NCBI GenBank assembly: GCA_964016885.1
Contig: OZ024752.1
Span: forward strand, 28,272,001 to 28,336,000
DNA from: Eledone cirrhosa
Lineage: Eukaryota
Direction: 5' to 3'
Length of the DNA stretch: 64,000 nt
The notes under the pieces are model-generated. The model did no database searches, was not told the DNA's origin, and saw only the letters and a list, made by a program, of their open reading frames with translations. Of the stretch, positions 39,300-53,800 are shown one piece after another (positions within the stretch are counted from its first letter, which is position 1; each line of letters starts with the position of its first letter). A program made the position numbers and the translations under genes.

Positions 39300-39327
39300 T
39301 GTAATAAAAAACATAAGCCAATTATTC

Positions 39328-39381
39328 CATTTACCAGTGATTTCTTAAAAGCAAAAAATTTTGCTTTCAATCCTGAGAATG
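39328..39381 (-). ncRNA. Degenerate hammerhead (relative of PLE D motif; G5C)
   Basis: Minus: cauu CUCAGGA uugaaagcaaa..uuugcuuuuaa GAAA ucacugg UA aaug. Confidence 0.5.
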
Positions 39382-39562
39382 AAAAAATCCTGGTCTGTTT
39401 ATTGAATTTAGATTTAAAAAAAACAAAAATGCAATCTATATGAAAGTGAAGCTGGAGAAAGAAGAAGGAAAGGAAAAATAAAATAAAACCACACATGCAA
39501 ACACACGCACACAAACACACACACACACAAAAGCATATATACGCACACACACACACACACAT

Positions 39563-39615
<53 letters not shown>

Positions 39616-40249
39616 CACTCATACATACACACACACATATACACATATATATGTGTATATAAACACACATACACATACATATACACATACATACATACGC
39701 ACATAAATATCAACACATCCATACATACACACACATATATACACACATATATATACACAGAAATATAAATATATATATATATATATATACATGCATACAC
39801 ATACACATACATAGCCTTACACACATACATATACATGCATACATACATGCACACAATCATACCTATATACACACGTACATACATACACATACATAAATGC
39901 GTTCATATACATGTACAAAATTAGAAAATATACACTCCTCTACATATTCACACACGCAAATAAATATAAGAAAAAATATATATAAAAAATAAAAAATAAA
40001 AATAATAAAATAATAATAAAGAATATTATTCAGTAGACAGCGATACAGACGACGGATAGATGAGCAGGCACGCGTGGTAAGCAATACACACAAATGCACG
40101 TACACATACGTACGAAAAAGTAAATACATACACACACTCTCACACATAAATATACATATACAAATACATAAACACATACATACACATACACAAATACATA
40201 CACAAACATGCACACACACACACGTATACAATTATACACACACATATAC

Positions 40250-40308
<59 letters not shown>

Positions 40309-40318
40309 AACAAGTAAG

Positions 40319-40412
40319 ACCCCGACGGCTGAGCTCAAGCCGTTTCGACGGCTAATTCTGTACTGAATGAAAATTTATTCTGGTATTTAAATAGCCGAAC
40401 TTATCAAGGGGT
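40319..40412 (-). ncRNA. Type I hammerhead ribozyme, U3-A8 core variant, stable stem III (PLE C)
   Basis: Minus: acccc UUGAUAA guu-cggcua..uagccg-uc GAAA cggc-u-uga-gc-uca-gccg UC ggggu. Confidence 0.75.
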
Positions 40413-40798
40413 AATTCCATATATGGTCAAAGAGATAATCACCAGGATTGGTCACATCACAAGTTAGTAGTAAATCTGTGATGGCAAGTTGGTGGGGGAA
40501 GGGGTAGCTAAACCTGTCGGTAGGAGAAAAAGGGAGAGGGGGTGGAGTAGACCCATTCATGCGTTGGTAGTGCCAGCTACAGCTGGGTGTGAGGTCAAAG
40601 AGGATACTGGGGAGGGGGAGGGGGAGGAGGACGAAACGGTGAGTAGAACAATGAAAGGTAAAACTATAAAAGGTACTGAGAGAGAAAAAATAAGCAAAAT
40701 CTGGTTACTAAGACATAAGTCTCTCGCTATTGCTAGGCTAAAGAAATACATAAATAAATAAATAAACAAATAAGTGAATAAAAGAATAGATAAATACA

Positions 40799-40829
<31 letters not shown>

Positions 40830-42418
40830 ATGTAGAATAAAAAAATAAATAATAATGATAGAAATAAACTAGGTGGGACGGAAATAAAGGGACCCTTATA
40901 CGAGGTATAAGTGCGTGTATCGTACGGTGACGGGTCAACAAAGGGGGAGCCCAGAATACTAAAGAGACTACCACGAAAATAATAAAGGTTTCTACCCCAA
41001 TCACAGGGCCAGCAACCACCCAGTGCAAGAAAGTAAACTAGTACGAGAATATAATTCAGGGTCCCGCAAAAAAATACTAGTGCTAACTCTAAAGGTACCG
41101 CCACGAAACAAAAAGTCTTATACAAGCTACATGAACGATCGTACGAAGTAAAAGTAAAGAACGGAAAAATAATACAGGAACAAGTACGAGAAAAAGACGA
41201 CGACAAAGAAAGGGAACTGGGGTAGAAGGACTAGGGAGGGATGGGGGAAGGAGGAAATATAGAGGAAGCGATAAAAGAATGTAAAAGAAGATCTTACGTC
41301 TCCATTGGCAAGCAGGGGTTACCCATTACAAAATAGGCAAGTGGGGTGTTATAGCCCTAGTCTACCCCCCCCCCCGGTCATTATGGGGTTTGAGGGCGAG
41401 GTAAGTCCTACGTAATCGGTGTTTACATGTAGTAACCAGTTCATCTTTCTTGTTTAGGAGTTGGTCCGTCGAAAACAGCATTTGTAATGTTTCCTCCGAG
41501 CATAAATTGCACGGACGGCGTCCTCCCGTGTAAGAGTTAGCTCTGGACAGTAATTTCCAAGTGAGATCATAGTTGATGTTGTTGTCCTTGAGGTCCCATA
41601 TGTGGCCCGAAAGTGTAGTGGCGTGACGCCGGGCCGGGTTTCGGAAGGTATGTCTGTGTTGGTATAGCCGGGTCTTGAAGTCGCATGCGGTTAATCCTAT
41701 ATAGGCTTTGTTGGAGGTGTCGGTGCTCACGTTGCACTGGTAGATCACATTACGGTCTCTGCATCTGTTGTCGAGGGGGCAACTGGATCTATCAGGACAG
41801 TTGCACCTCCTGGTCGGCTCTCCACTGCTATTTAGGTTGTTTCTTCCATCGAGGTTGAGTTTTTTGTTGTTGGAGGAGACGATGTTTTGTGCGAAGTTAG
41901 GTGTAGTGTTGTAAGAGAGTTTGATGGTATTTTTGTTAATTATGTTGTGGTAGCGGTGTTGTGGTGGGAAGTGTTTTTCAATGAGCCTAAAGAAAATTTT
42001 CCCGATGGGAGTTGTCACCTTTTTTAAATTTATTTATCTATTCTTTTATTCACTTATTTGTTTATTTATTTATTTATTTATGTATTTCTTTAGCCTAGCA
42101 ATAGCGAGAGACTTATGTCTTAGTAACTAGATTTTGCTAATTTTTTCTCTCTCAGTACCTTTTATAGTTTTACCTTTCATTGTTCTACTCACCGTTTCGA
42201 CCTCCTCCCCCTCCCCCTCCCCAGTATCCTCTTTGACCTCATACCCAGCTGTAGCTGGCACTACCAACGCATGAATGGGTCTACTCCACCCCCTCTCCCT
42301 TTTTCTCCTACCGGCAGGTTTAGCTACCCCTTCCCCCACCAACTTGCCATCACAGATTTACTACTAACTTGTGATGTGACCAATCCTGGTGATTATCTCT
42401 TTGACCATATATGGAATT

Positions 42419-42512
42419 ATCCCTTGATAAGTTCGGCTATTTAAATACCAGAATAAATTTTCATTCAGTACAGAATTAGCCATCGAAACGGCTTGAGCTC
42501 AGCCGTCGGGGT
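42419..42512 (+). ncRNA. Type I hammerhead ribozyme, U3-A8 core variant (inverted copy)
   Basis: atccc TTGATAA gttcggcta..tagccatc GAAA cggcttgagctcagccg TC ggggt. Confidence 0.72.
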
Positions 42513-42705
42513 CTTACTTGTTCCTATTACCCACTCTACTACCCTAAGTATTGAGTACTTTGGTGCGTTATGGTCCACCTGGTTCCTTACCACATTTCCT
42601 TCGTTATATATATATATATATATTGTATAGCTATGTATGTATGTGTGTGTGTATGTATACATATATATATGTGTGTGTGTATGTGTGTGTGTGTGTGTGT
42701 GTGTG

Positions 42706-42767
<62 letters not shown>

Positions 42768-42895
42768 CACACACACACACACACACACACATACACACAC
42801 ACATATATATATGTATACATACACACACACATACATACATAGCTATACAAATACAAATACGTACATATCATAAACACGCACAACCAAATACAAAC

Positions 42896-42943
<48 letters not shown>

Positions 42944-43004
42944 GTGTGTGTGTGTAAAACTCAATCTTAGATAATTCATATGAACCTTACATATACATAT
43001 ATAT

Positions 43005-44757
<1,753 letters not shown>

Positions 44758-46217
44758 CATTTATAACGCATATAATGTACCATTTCGTTCAATAAATGAT
44801 GAAAGGTAGCTTGGCCCATTTTTTTTTTACACGAGTGTATATATATATAATACTCAAGGCAATCTAATACCACAACCTACAGTGTATATTCCCATGACAT
44901 GTTAAAGTACAGTTGACACCAGCCTTTGAAGTTCTAAATCTAATCTTGTACAGAAAGATTAAATTATATCTTGTGTCACACACTCTAAGCGTTTACACCT
45001 TAAAGGATGATTACTTGACTTAACACACACGCAAAGTGATAAAAAAAGGCATTGCAAATGATTCTCAGACTCGGAGAATATCAAACACTGGGTTATAGTA
45101 TCTGTTGCAAAGATGTGTACAGTTCTGAAATTTCCTCAACCATAAAAAAACTCTGATATGTACCACACAATCACCACGTAAATATGTGAAAAATCAAAAT
45201 AATATATCATAGAGCAACTAAATGCACCGCTCCTCCTCCGTTTAACCTCCAACAACTCTAACCTGATGGGTATGAACTCCTTCTTTCTGCTAGCCTTCAA
45301 TCAGTACACCGTGTTTACACAGTAACTACGTGTTAAAGATTTCCCTAATTGCTTTAACTTAATGAATTAACTGGTCTTGAAGTCATCCATTCTAACATCT
45401 ACAAACAACATGCAATCTAATCTTCCCCACGGGAGTCAATTCTAATACTTGGAAATAGGCCACTGTCATATAAATCCTAAAATAGACATCTTTGAGATAT
45501 CAAACAACGAGCTGTCGCTTTAACTACCAACATATAAAAAACAAGTCCTCGAAAATGCCTTCCAGAGGATCCTGTCAGAAACAACCGTCTGGACATGATC
45601 CGGCTGGATCCCCAAGTGAGACCAACCGAGCTCATGGATGTTATACGACTATTTTTCTCGAGATCTAACCCCTATCGAGTAACGTTATTCCAAAACCTCT
45701 CCGGGGAACCCCATTTCACTCTCTTTAATTTGCGATCGTTTTATTTCAGTCCTTACCCAAGATTTATAAGCATAAGTACAGACATGATCACAGAATTCAA
45801 TATAGGGAGTTTAGCTTCCACCCTTTTCTTATGATGACCGAGTGCTGAAGCTGAGCTGGCACATTACTGCACCGGTTCAAACATTCTCTGCATTTAAATT
45901 AGCCTCCTGCCTTCCATCACTGATGAAAACGCACTCCTGGTAACCAAATATTTCTCGATATTAAGCAAATTTTAATCATTTTTTCTGGCGTACAGTGTCA
46001 TATACTTTATGATGGTATTGGGCTAGGAAGGAATGATTATATCAACCTTATACTTGACTGGGATTTAAGTTATTGACCCTTAAATATGAAAGTCAAAGAC
46101 AGGGTTTTACGACAGACTATAATAAAGCGATATGATTAAACATTGTCCAAGGCACTATAGGTGAAAATTTAAGAAAGTAAATTGGTTTCCTTATAGAACG
46201 TCATACATATATTTTAA

Positions 46218-46400
46218 ATAATTGTTTCTACTTTCGGCACAACGCCAGCAATTACCCAGTACATTATTGGTACTTTATTTTATCGACCTCGTAAGGATGA
46301 AAGGCAAAGTTAACCTTGGCGGGATTTGAACTCAGATCGTAAAGGGACGTAACTATGCTGGAAAGCATGTCGAACCTTCTACCAACTCTGCCAATCCACC
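46218..46400 (-). mobile_element. tRNA-derived SINE
   Basis: Same family. Confidence 0.8.
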
Positions 46401-46599
46401 AATGGTTGTTGTTGTTTTTAACACTTATGATGATTGTATTCTTGGCATATTATTTATTCATTGATATTTAGTTATATATTAAATGGCTAATTCAGTTTTA
46501 GGATGTTCACATAATGTCTCGTATATTTAAAATTACTTATCGTGGTGAACTTTCTTGAAATACTATCAGACAAACGAGAATGTATGTGTGCGTATATAT

Positions 46600-46671
<72 letters not shown>

Positions 46672-46712
46672 TCACACACAAACATGCACTCACAAACACA
46701 CACATATGTATA

Positions 46713-46791
<79 letters not shown>

Positions 46792-47077
46792 TTGTGTATA
46801 TATATATATATATATATATATTATACATATATATATATGTGTGTGTGTGTATGTGTGTCTGTATATGTGTTTTGCTAGATGTTAATATGAATGTAATTGT
46901 GAGCTAGTACATTAAAAGTACATTTGAACTTGTACACCAAAAATATCCATTAGTTTCTTTGGAAATTGTCATTGCTCCAATTAAATGTTGAATCATTACT
47001 GGTGTCTCATACTTCTGCACCAGTATTGTAAAAAGATTTTCGAGGACATTGTGTAATCATGTGTAATTTTCAGCGCT

Positions 47078-47085
47078 TATATAAA
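47078..47085 (+). promoter_or_regulatory. TATA box of S-crystallin gene 2
   Basis: TATATAAA 131 nt upstream of the ATG. Confidence 0.7.
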
Positions 47086-47208
47086 CTGGATGGTTGGTCA
47101 ACAGAGTAGTGAACAGTGAGCCATCTACAAAGTTAGAAGTCATCTGAAGCAGTCCAGATCTTCCTCTGTGCCAGTTTACGTTTCACCGTACAAAATCCAA
47201 AATCAAAT

Positions 47209-47341
47209 ATGCCTTCCTACACTCTCCACTACTTCAACCACCGTGGCCGTGCTGAGATCTGCCGTATGCTCTTTGCAGCTGCTGGTGTCCAGTACAATGA
47301 CCGCAGGATCGAATGCTCAGAATGGAACAACATGAGAAGCC
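47209..47341 (+). CDS. S-crystallin gene 2 exon 1 (coding part)
   Basis: 133 nt as in gene 1; GTACGT donor. Confidence 0.93.
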
Positions 47342-48666
47342 GTACGTATAACACTATTATTATTTTCCCATTTTTACTATGATTGTTATTAGTATTATTA
47401 TTATTACTATTAAACCGGCAATGGTGGATTGGCAGTGCTGGTAGAACTTCCTGCAACATGCTTTTCAGCATATACTTACGGCCCTTTACGAGCTGTGTCC
47501 AAATCCCACCGAGCTTTGCCTGTCATCCTTCTGATTTTAAATCCTACCGAGATTAGCTTTGCCTATCATCTTTACGAGGTTGATAGAATAAAGCACCAGT
47601 AACGCACTGGGGTCGATTTAAACGACTTATCTCCCCACTACTCAATATTGTTGGCCTTGTGCCTAAATTAGAAACCATTATTAAGATCGTAATAGCGTCG
47701 GACAAAATGCCTTGCGGTATTCGTTCTGGCTCTTTTGTTTTTGATGACAAAAGCTGTCATGGTCATTTTATCGTTCATTCTTCGGGAATTAATACAATAG
47801 AATGCCAGTAAAGTATTGGAATCGATTAATCGACTAAAAACAAAGTCGAAACGTGAGGCCTTTGTCTATGATGAAAGGTATTTATTGGATTGGCAGGAAC
47901 AGTTTAGTATTGGCAGCATTTTTATTGCACTCGATAAAACGACTTGCATTATTCGTTCCGTCTGTTTAAGTTGTAATTTCAAATTCAAATGATGTCAATT
48001 TTGCCTTTATCTTTCTAATGTCGATTAAACCAAATCCCAGTGAAGGTGTGTGACATAAGGGTTAGAGAATTGCGAGTTCGATTCCCGGACCGAGCGATAC
48101 ATTATGTCCTTGAGCAAGACACTTTATTTCACGTTTCTTCTTCTGCCAGGAGTTGCAACCGGTAGATAGTATTAGCAATTGGAAAGAACAACGGAAACAT
48201 TGTTTTCTCGGTCCAATTTGAAGAGCTCCATCCTACACAGAAAGTGAATGAGGTCTAGGAATATTATTGATTGACGACCATCGTTAAGTTCCATGCAATT
48301 GTTGGCGTTCATTTACTAGTGTAACCTTTGAGCAAATTTCTGCTTTTGTGTTTTTATTAGAAGTTCTTAGTAGTTCTTAGAGTCATCAAGAGCAGAACGA
48401 GAATGTTGCTTTCAATTATGTTCCCTCACATTCTGAATGTGACGATTTGAGTATTATCATACAACGAATCAAAAGATGTATACTAGTCGAGGAATATAGA
48501 CTAATAATCTGCAAACATGTCACTCACACACTCACAAAAGCATTGTGACAAAGAAGCAAACTCCCATTATAATATAAAACATATATAAATATATTCTATT
48601 CTATAATATTTTAAAAGGCAATTTTTCTTCATAATTGAGTTTTATGCTTTACTGGTTCGAGCATAT

Positions 48667-48745
<79 letters not shown>

Positions 48746-49881
48746 GACTTAGAGTTTTCGTTCTCTCCCCTTCTCTCTGTCTCCTCTCTCTCTATATATC
48801 TTTCTCTCTCTGTTGTTTTGGTCTCTCTCTCTCTTTTCTCTCTCTCTCTCTTTCTCTCTCTCCTTCTTTATCTTTTTCTTTCTCTGTAACCCAACGGCTT
48901 ATTTAAAAAATAAAAATATCCAATACTAATAATAATATAATTAAACAACTCCACTATCCGGGAGCTTCCAACAGTAATGGTTGCATTTTTTAAGGGTATG
49001 TCAATATTTATTTATAAAACTGATCTATATTATATTTTGTCTGATGAAAGTACACCATAATTTAACTTGGTGTCCTTGAAATATGTATAATGAAATAAAT
49101 ATGGTTTTATAAATATAGTTTCCATTTGTTAATATCGTATATATATATATATATCGCACATGCGAAACTTATAAAGAGGTCTTAGGTTGCAATTAGTAAT
49201 AAGCTAGATGTTCTATATGCGTCCGTTCTGGAAAAAGACAAGATTACGTTAAATATTTCAATATATTGTTCATAATATATTAATCTTGCTCATATATAGG
49301 TCGCATTCTTCTTTCTGAAGCCCAGTAGTTCTTACGAATCCTATGTACCTAAACACTTTATAATTGTTTAACACTTTATATTTGATAAACGGCTCTGGAA
49401 TCAACTATTTGTTTTTTTATCTCAAAGCTTTAATGAATATATACAATTCTGGAACCAACAGCACTGTTTTACATTTTCCACTAAAGCATACGGTTTCGAG
49501 TTTGCGGTGTTCAAACATTTGTACTTCATTATTCTAACATCTATTAAATAAATGTCCAACAAAACCACGATCAGATATAATCTACAATATCCGTTCATGA
49601 AATATAGCTATAAAACAACTTAGATGTAAATGAATAGATAAAATATCTAGATCTATAGTTTACAGCAATCCTGTCACCTCAGAAACACTCAATATTTTTA
49701 TTCCTTATCTGATTCCAAAGAAATTTTGCGGTTTAATTAGAGTGAACATTAAAGATGCCATTTTAAATGTTTAATTATCCACAAGTTTATATATAAATAT
49801 ATATAATATATATATGATATGATATATATATCATATGATATATATATATATATATAATATATATATGATATGATATATATA

Positions 49882-49970
<89 letters not shown>

Positions 49971-50515
49971 TACATGCATCTATATATATCTGTAAATATA
50001 TATATATATATATGCATACATACATGCATCTATATATATCTGTATATATATATATATATATATATATGCATACATACATGCATCTATATATATCTGTATA
50101 TATATATATATATTTCGTTTCTGAATTTGTTTAGCAAGATTCTTTATCTGAAAACATGTGTTGAAACCGATATTGTTATACTTTGGGAGGGTCATGTTGC
50201 CAATAAGAAACACACGCACCAGTGCTTTCACTTCAATTTATTATAATAAATTGATAAATTTAGGAATTTATAAATTTCCGGTTGGTTGGTTCCACAACCA
50301 GATGGTTGTTTATATATTGTCAAAGTTCTTTCGTCACACATTCTGTGACCTCTTCAGTGACTGGGGATTCTTTTCTTTGTTTTGTGTGCCTCTCCTTTGT
50401 TCTGTCCTACGCCATCTTGTATGTATGCTTATATATATATATATATGCATACATACGTGCATCTATATATATCTGTATATATATATATATGCACACATAC
50501 ATGCATCTATATATA

Positions 50516-50546
<31 letters not shown>

Positions 50547-50667
50547 GCATACATACATGCATCTATATATATATGTATATATATATATATATAGTCACAT
50601 ATGAATAAACATAATTATGCTATATTGATACCTCTTTCCTACTCCTTATTATTATTCGCACTCTGCT

Positions 50668-50746
<79 letters not shown>

Positions 50747-50777
50747 TATCGTAATGGAAAATCCTCTCTCTCTCTCT

Positions 50778-50819
<42 letters not shown>

Positions 50820-53800
50820 ACAAACACTCACACACAGACTCATATGTTTATCATAACTTTTCCATAAAGAAGTAAGATCACCACCACCACCAACAACCAC
50901 CTCTTTCTCTATGTATCTAGCTATCTATCTGTCTATCAATTTATCTATCTCTCAATCCTCAGTTCAAATCTACCTGATGTGGGTTTGTTTTGTATTTCAA
51001 CTTTCACTGATTCATACAGTAAATAACTGAGCTTAAAACGTGCAATTCATTGTATTGTCTCCAGTAATGTCTGCCTTGGTAATAAAATACTTTTTCTATT
51101 TCTTCTTTCTAGAGATGCCTTGCTCTATGATGCCAATGCTGGAATTGGACAACAGGACCCAGATTCCTCAGAGTATGGCTATGGCGAGATATTTGGCCAG
51201 GGAATTTAGTAAGGAACTTCCTTCGTTGCGTGCATATTTCTAAAATTACCATATTTCTTTAGAATTATATTTTTCTTAACTTTCATTAGTTAGTGTTTTC
51301 CCTACATTTAAATTCTGGTCATCACCAGAAAATCGATTGTTAATTTAAGATATAATCAGACACTATTATTCGGTGGATTGGCAGTATCGGTAGAGCGTCG
51401 GACACCATGCTTTGAAGCATAGAGTTACGGCCCTTTACGGTCTGAGTTAAAATACCGCCGAGGTTAACTTTGCCTTTTCATCCTTACGGGGTCGATAAAT
51501 TAAAGTACCAGTAACGTACTGGAGTCGATTTATCGACTTTCACCTCCCCCCAAATTACTGGCCTTGTGCCTATACTAGAAATCATTATTATTCGTTGTGG
51601 ATTGGTAGTATCGGTAGAGGATCGGACGCCATGCTTTGCAGCAAAGAGTTACTGCCCTTTATGGTCTGAGTTCAAATCCCGCCGAGGTTAACTTTGCCTT
51701 TCATCCTTAGGGGGGGTCGATAAAATAAAGTACTAGTAATACACTGGGATAATTGCTGGCCTTGTGCCAAAAGTAGAAACAATTATTATTCGTTGATTGG
51801 CAGTATCGGTAGAGCGTCGGACAACATGCTTTACGGCCCTATATGTTCTGGATTCAAATCTCGCCGAGGTTGGCTTTGCCTTGCATCTTTACGGAGTCGA
51901 TAAAATAAAATACCAGAAATGTACTGTAGTCGATTTAATCGACTTCCCCCTCCTCCCAAATTGCTGGCCTTGTTCCTGTAGTAGAACTCATTATTATTAT
52001 GGTTGGTCCTGTTATTGCTATTATTATACGATTTTTCCAGGTTTCCATGGCAAGAACAACATGGAGATGGCCAGAGTTGACTTCATCTCAGACTGTTTCT
52101 ACGATATTTTGGATGATTACATGAGAATGTATCAAGACGGTAACTACAGAATGATGGTACGCATTTAATGGTTTATCAATAATTTGGCTCTAGATTTTCA
52201 TCTGAGTTTAAAACTTTCGGCTAATTCTGTGTTTTACTGGTTCACAGACTACATCTAATCAATGGGATTTCTAATTCTTGAGGACCCAATTATTAACCTG
52301 GTATATACATATACATTAAAATACATATATATTAAAACAATCATTGAAAACATTGAAAAATCTAGGTTTTGCTAATGAAATGGGGAGGTTGGAGGAAGAG
52401 GTGAAGGGGGCTCCTCTGTGTATGTATATATATACAAGGTGTGCCAAAAAATGTATACACACTTTGATTACCTGTACAGGCAATATTTCTTAGAATACTG
52501 TTGAAATGTGTATATATATTTGGAGACACCTTGTGTGTGTGTATATATATATATATATCTTATACATATATATATATATATCTTATACATATTTTATTAT
52601 ATTTCAGTTCCAGAGATCCAGAGATATGATGAACAACTCAGTAAGTGCTTTACATTTCGTTTATATATTCATTATTGCGTTGTCTGTTGAGAAATCCGTA
52701 ACATTCCGTCAGTATGTGATATTGATAGTAATTTTACTAGTAATATTTGTTTCTACTTTTGGCACAAGGCCTGCAATTATCCTAGTGTATTACTGGTACT
52801 TTATTTTATCGACCCCGTAAGGATGAAAGGCAAAGTTAACCTCGGCGGGATTTGAACTCAGTCCGTAAAGGGACGTAACTGTGCTGCAAAGCATGGCGTC
52901 CGACCCTCCACCGATACTGCCAATCCACTGTAATATTAATATTTAACTACACATATTAATATGAGTGCTATCTGAATACTATCTGACAATTGTTACTACT
53001 CACAGAAAAAGTAGCATGAAAATATTTTACCCAAAGACTCGACGCTACTCGATTCAGTCCGGCATTCTCTACACCTTAGACCGCGTAATTGAAAAACCAA
53101 TGGAAACATTGTTCCTTTGTCGGATATGATGATCGGCACCTTTATATATTTAATAGTTTTCGAGTGAAATTATCTCACATAGCAACCCATCTCACTTGGA
53201 ATATATTCTTATCATCTTAAGATACTACATACAATTTGAATAGAAACAAATAAGAAAGGTGAAGCAGTATATTTGAGAACCATTACTCTAAATTTCAAAA
53301 ACATTTTACTTCGATAGTTTTTTTTCTATAGAGCAAAGTTGTTTATGTTTATCCCTCTAAACATGCCACTCGTCAGCTGATGATTAGAATGAAACATTGT
53401 TGATATCGGCGATGAGTGTTCCAATGGTTCAGTCATGAAATTTATGTGAAGGTTGCTGAGTAATCCACAGACACGTACCACATTAATGTAATTCTCAAAA
53501 CGATTCGTCGACATGATACAATGGTTGGCAAGTCTAGCCTTTTGAATTACTGGTACAGTCTATCTAACGGTCTTCTTACCTATTTCTGTCTGTCTAGATT
53601 CACTGGGGTCTTACCCAGGGAACTATGTATCTTCCATCATTTTATCTAAGTATCGGTTTTTGTATGCATTTGGCAATATCGGTAGAGGATCTGACGCCAT
53701 GCTTTGCAAGCAAAGAGTTACGGCTCTTTATGGTCTGAGTTCAAATCCCGCCGGGGTTAACTTTGAATTTCATCCTTACGGGGTCGATAAAATAAAATAC

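Larger units (their letters stand above)
40307..42606 (-). mobile_element. Penelope-like element remnant C (GIY-YIG ORF 41362-42018, minus) with inverted 3' pseudo-LTR copy at 42020-42606
   Basis: KHFPPQHRYHNIINKNTIKLSY, CNCPDRSSCPL, VIYQCNV..YIGLT..FKTRL, CNLCSEE..LLNKK. 40307-40808 is mirrored at about 42020-42527. Confidence 0.88.

Noticed and set aside
45920-45926. Isolated CTGATGA (also minus strand near 61868, and CTGAAGA near 19188)
   Set aside because: No correctly placed GAAA/UH or closing stems were found.
46989-46995. AP-1-like TGAATCA upstream of gene 2 (and TGAGACA at 10234-10240 for gene 1)
   Set aside because: One-mismatch heptamers occur by chance, and their positions are not conserved between the paralogs.
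51040-52168. Track ORFs 51040-51243 and 51797-52168 as standalone genes
   Set aside because: They are single S-crystallin exons read through flanking intron or SINE sequence.
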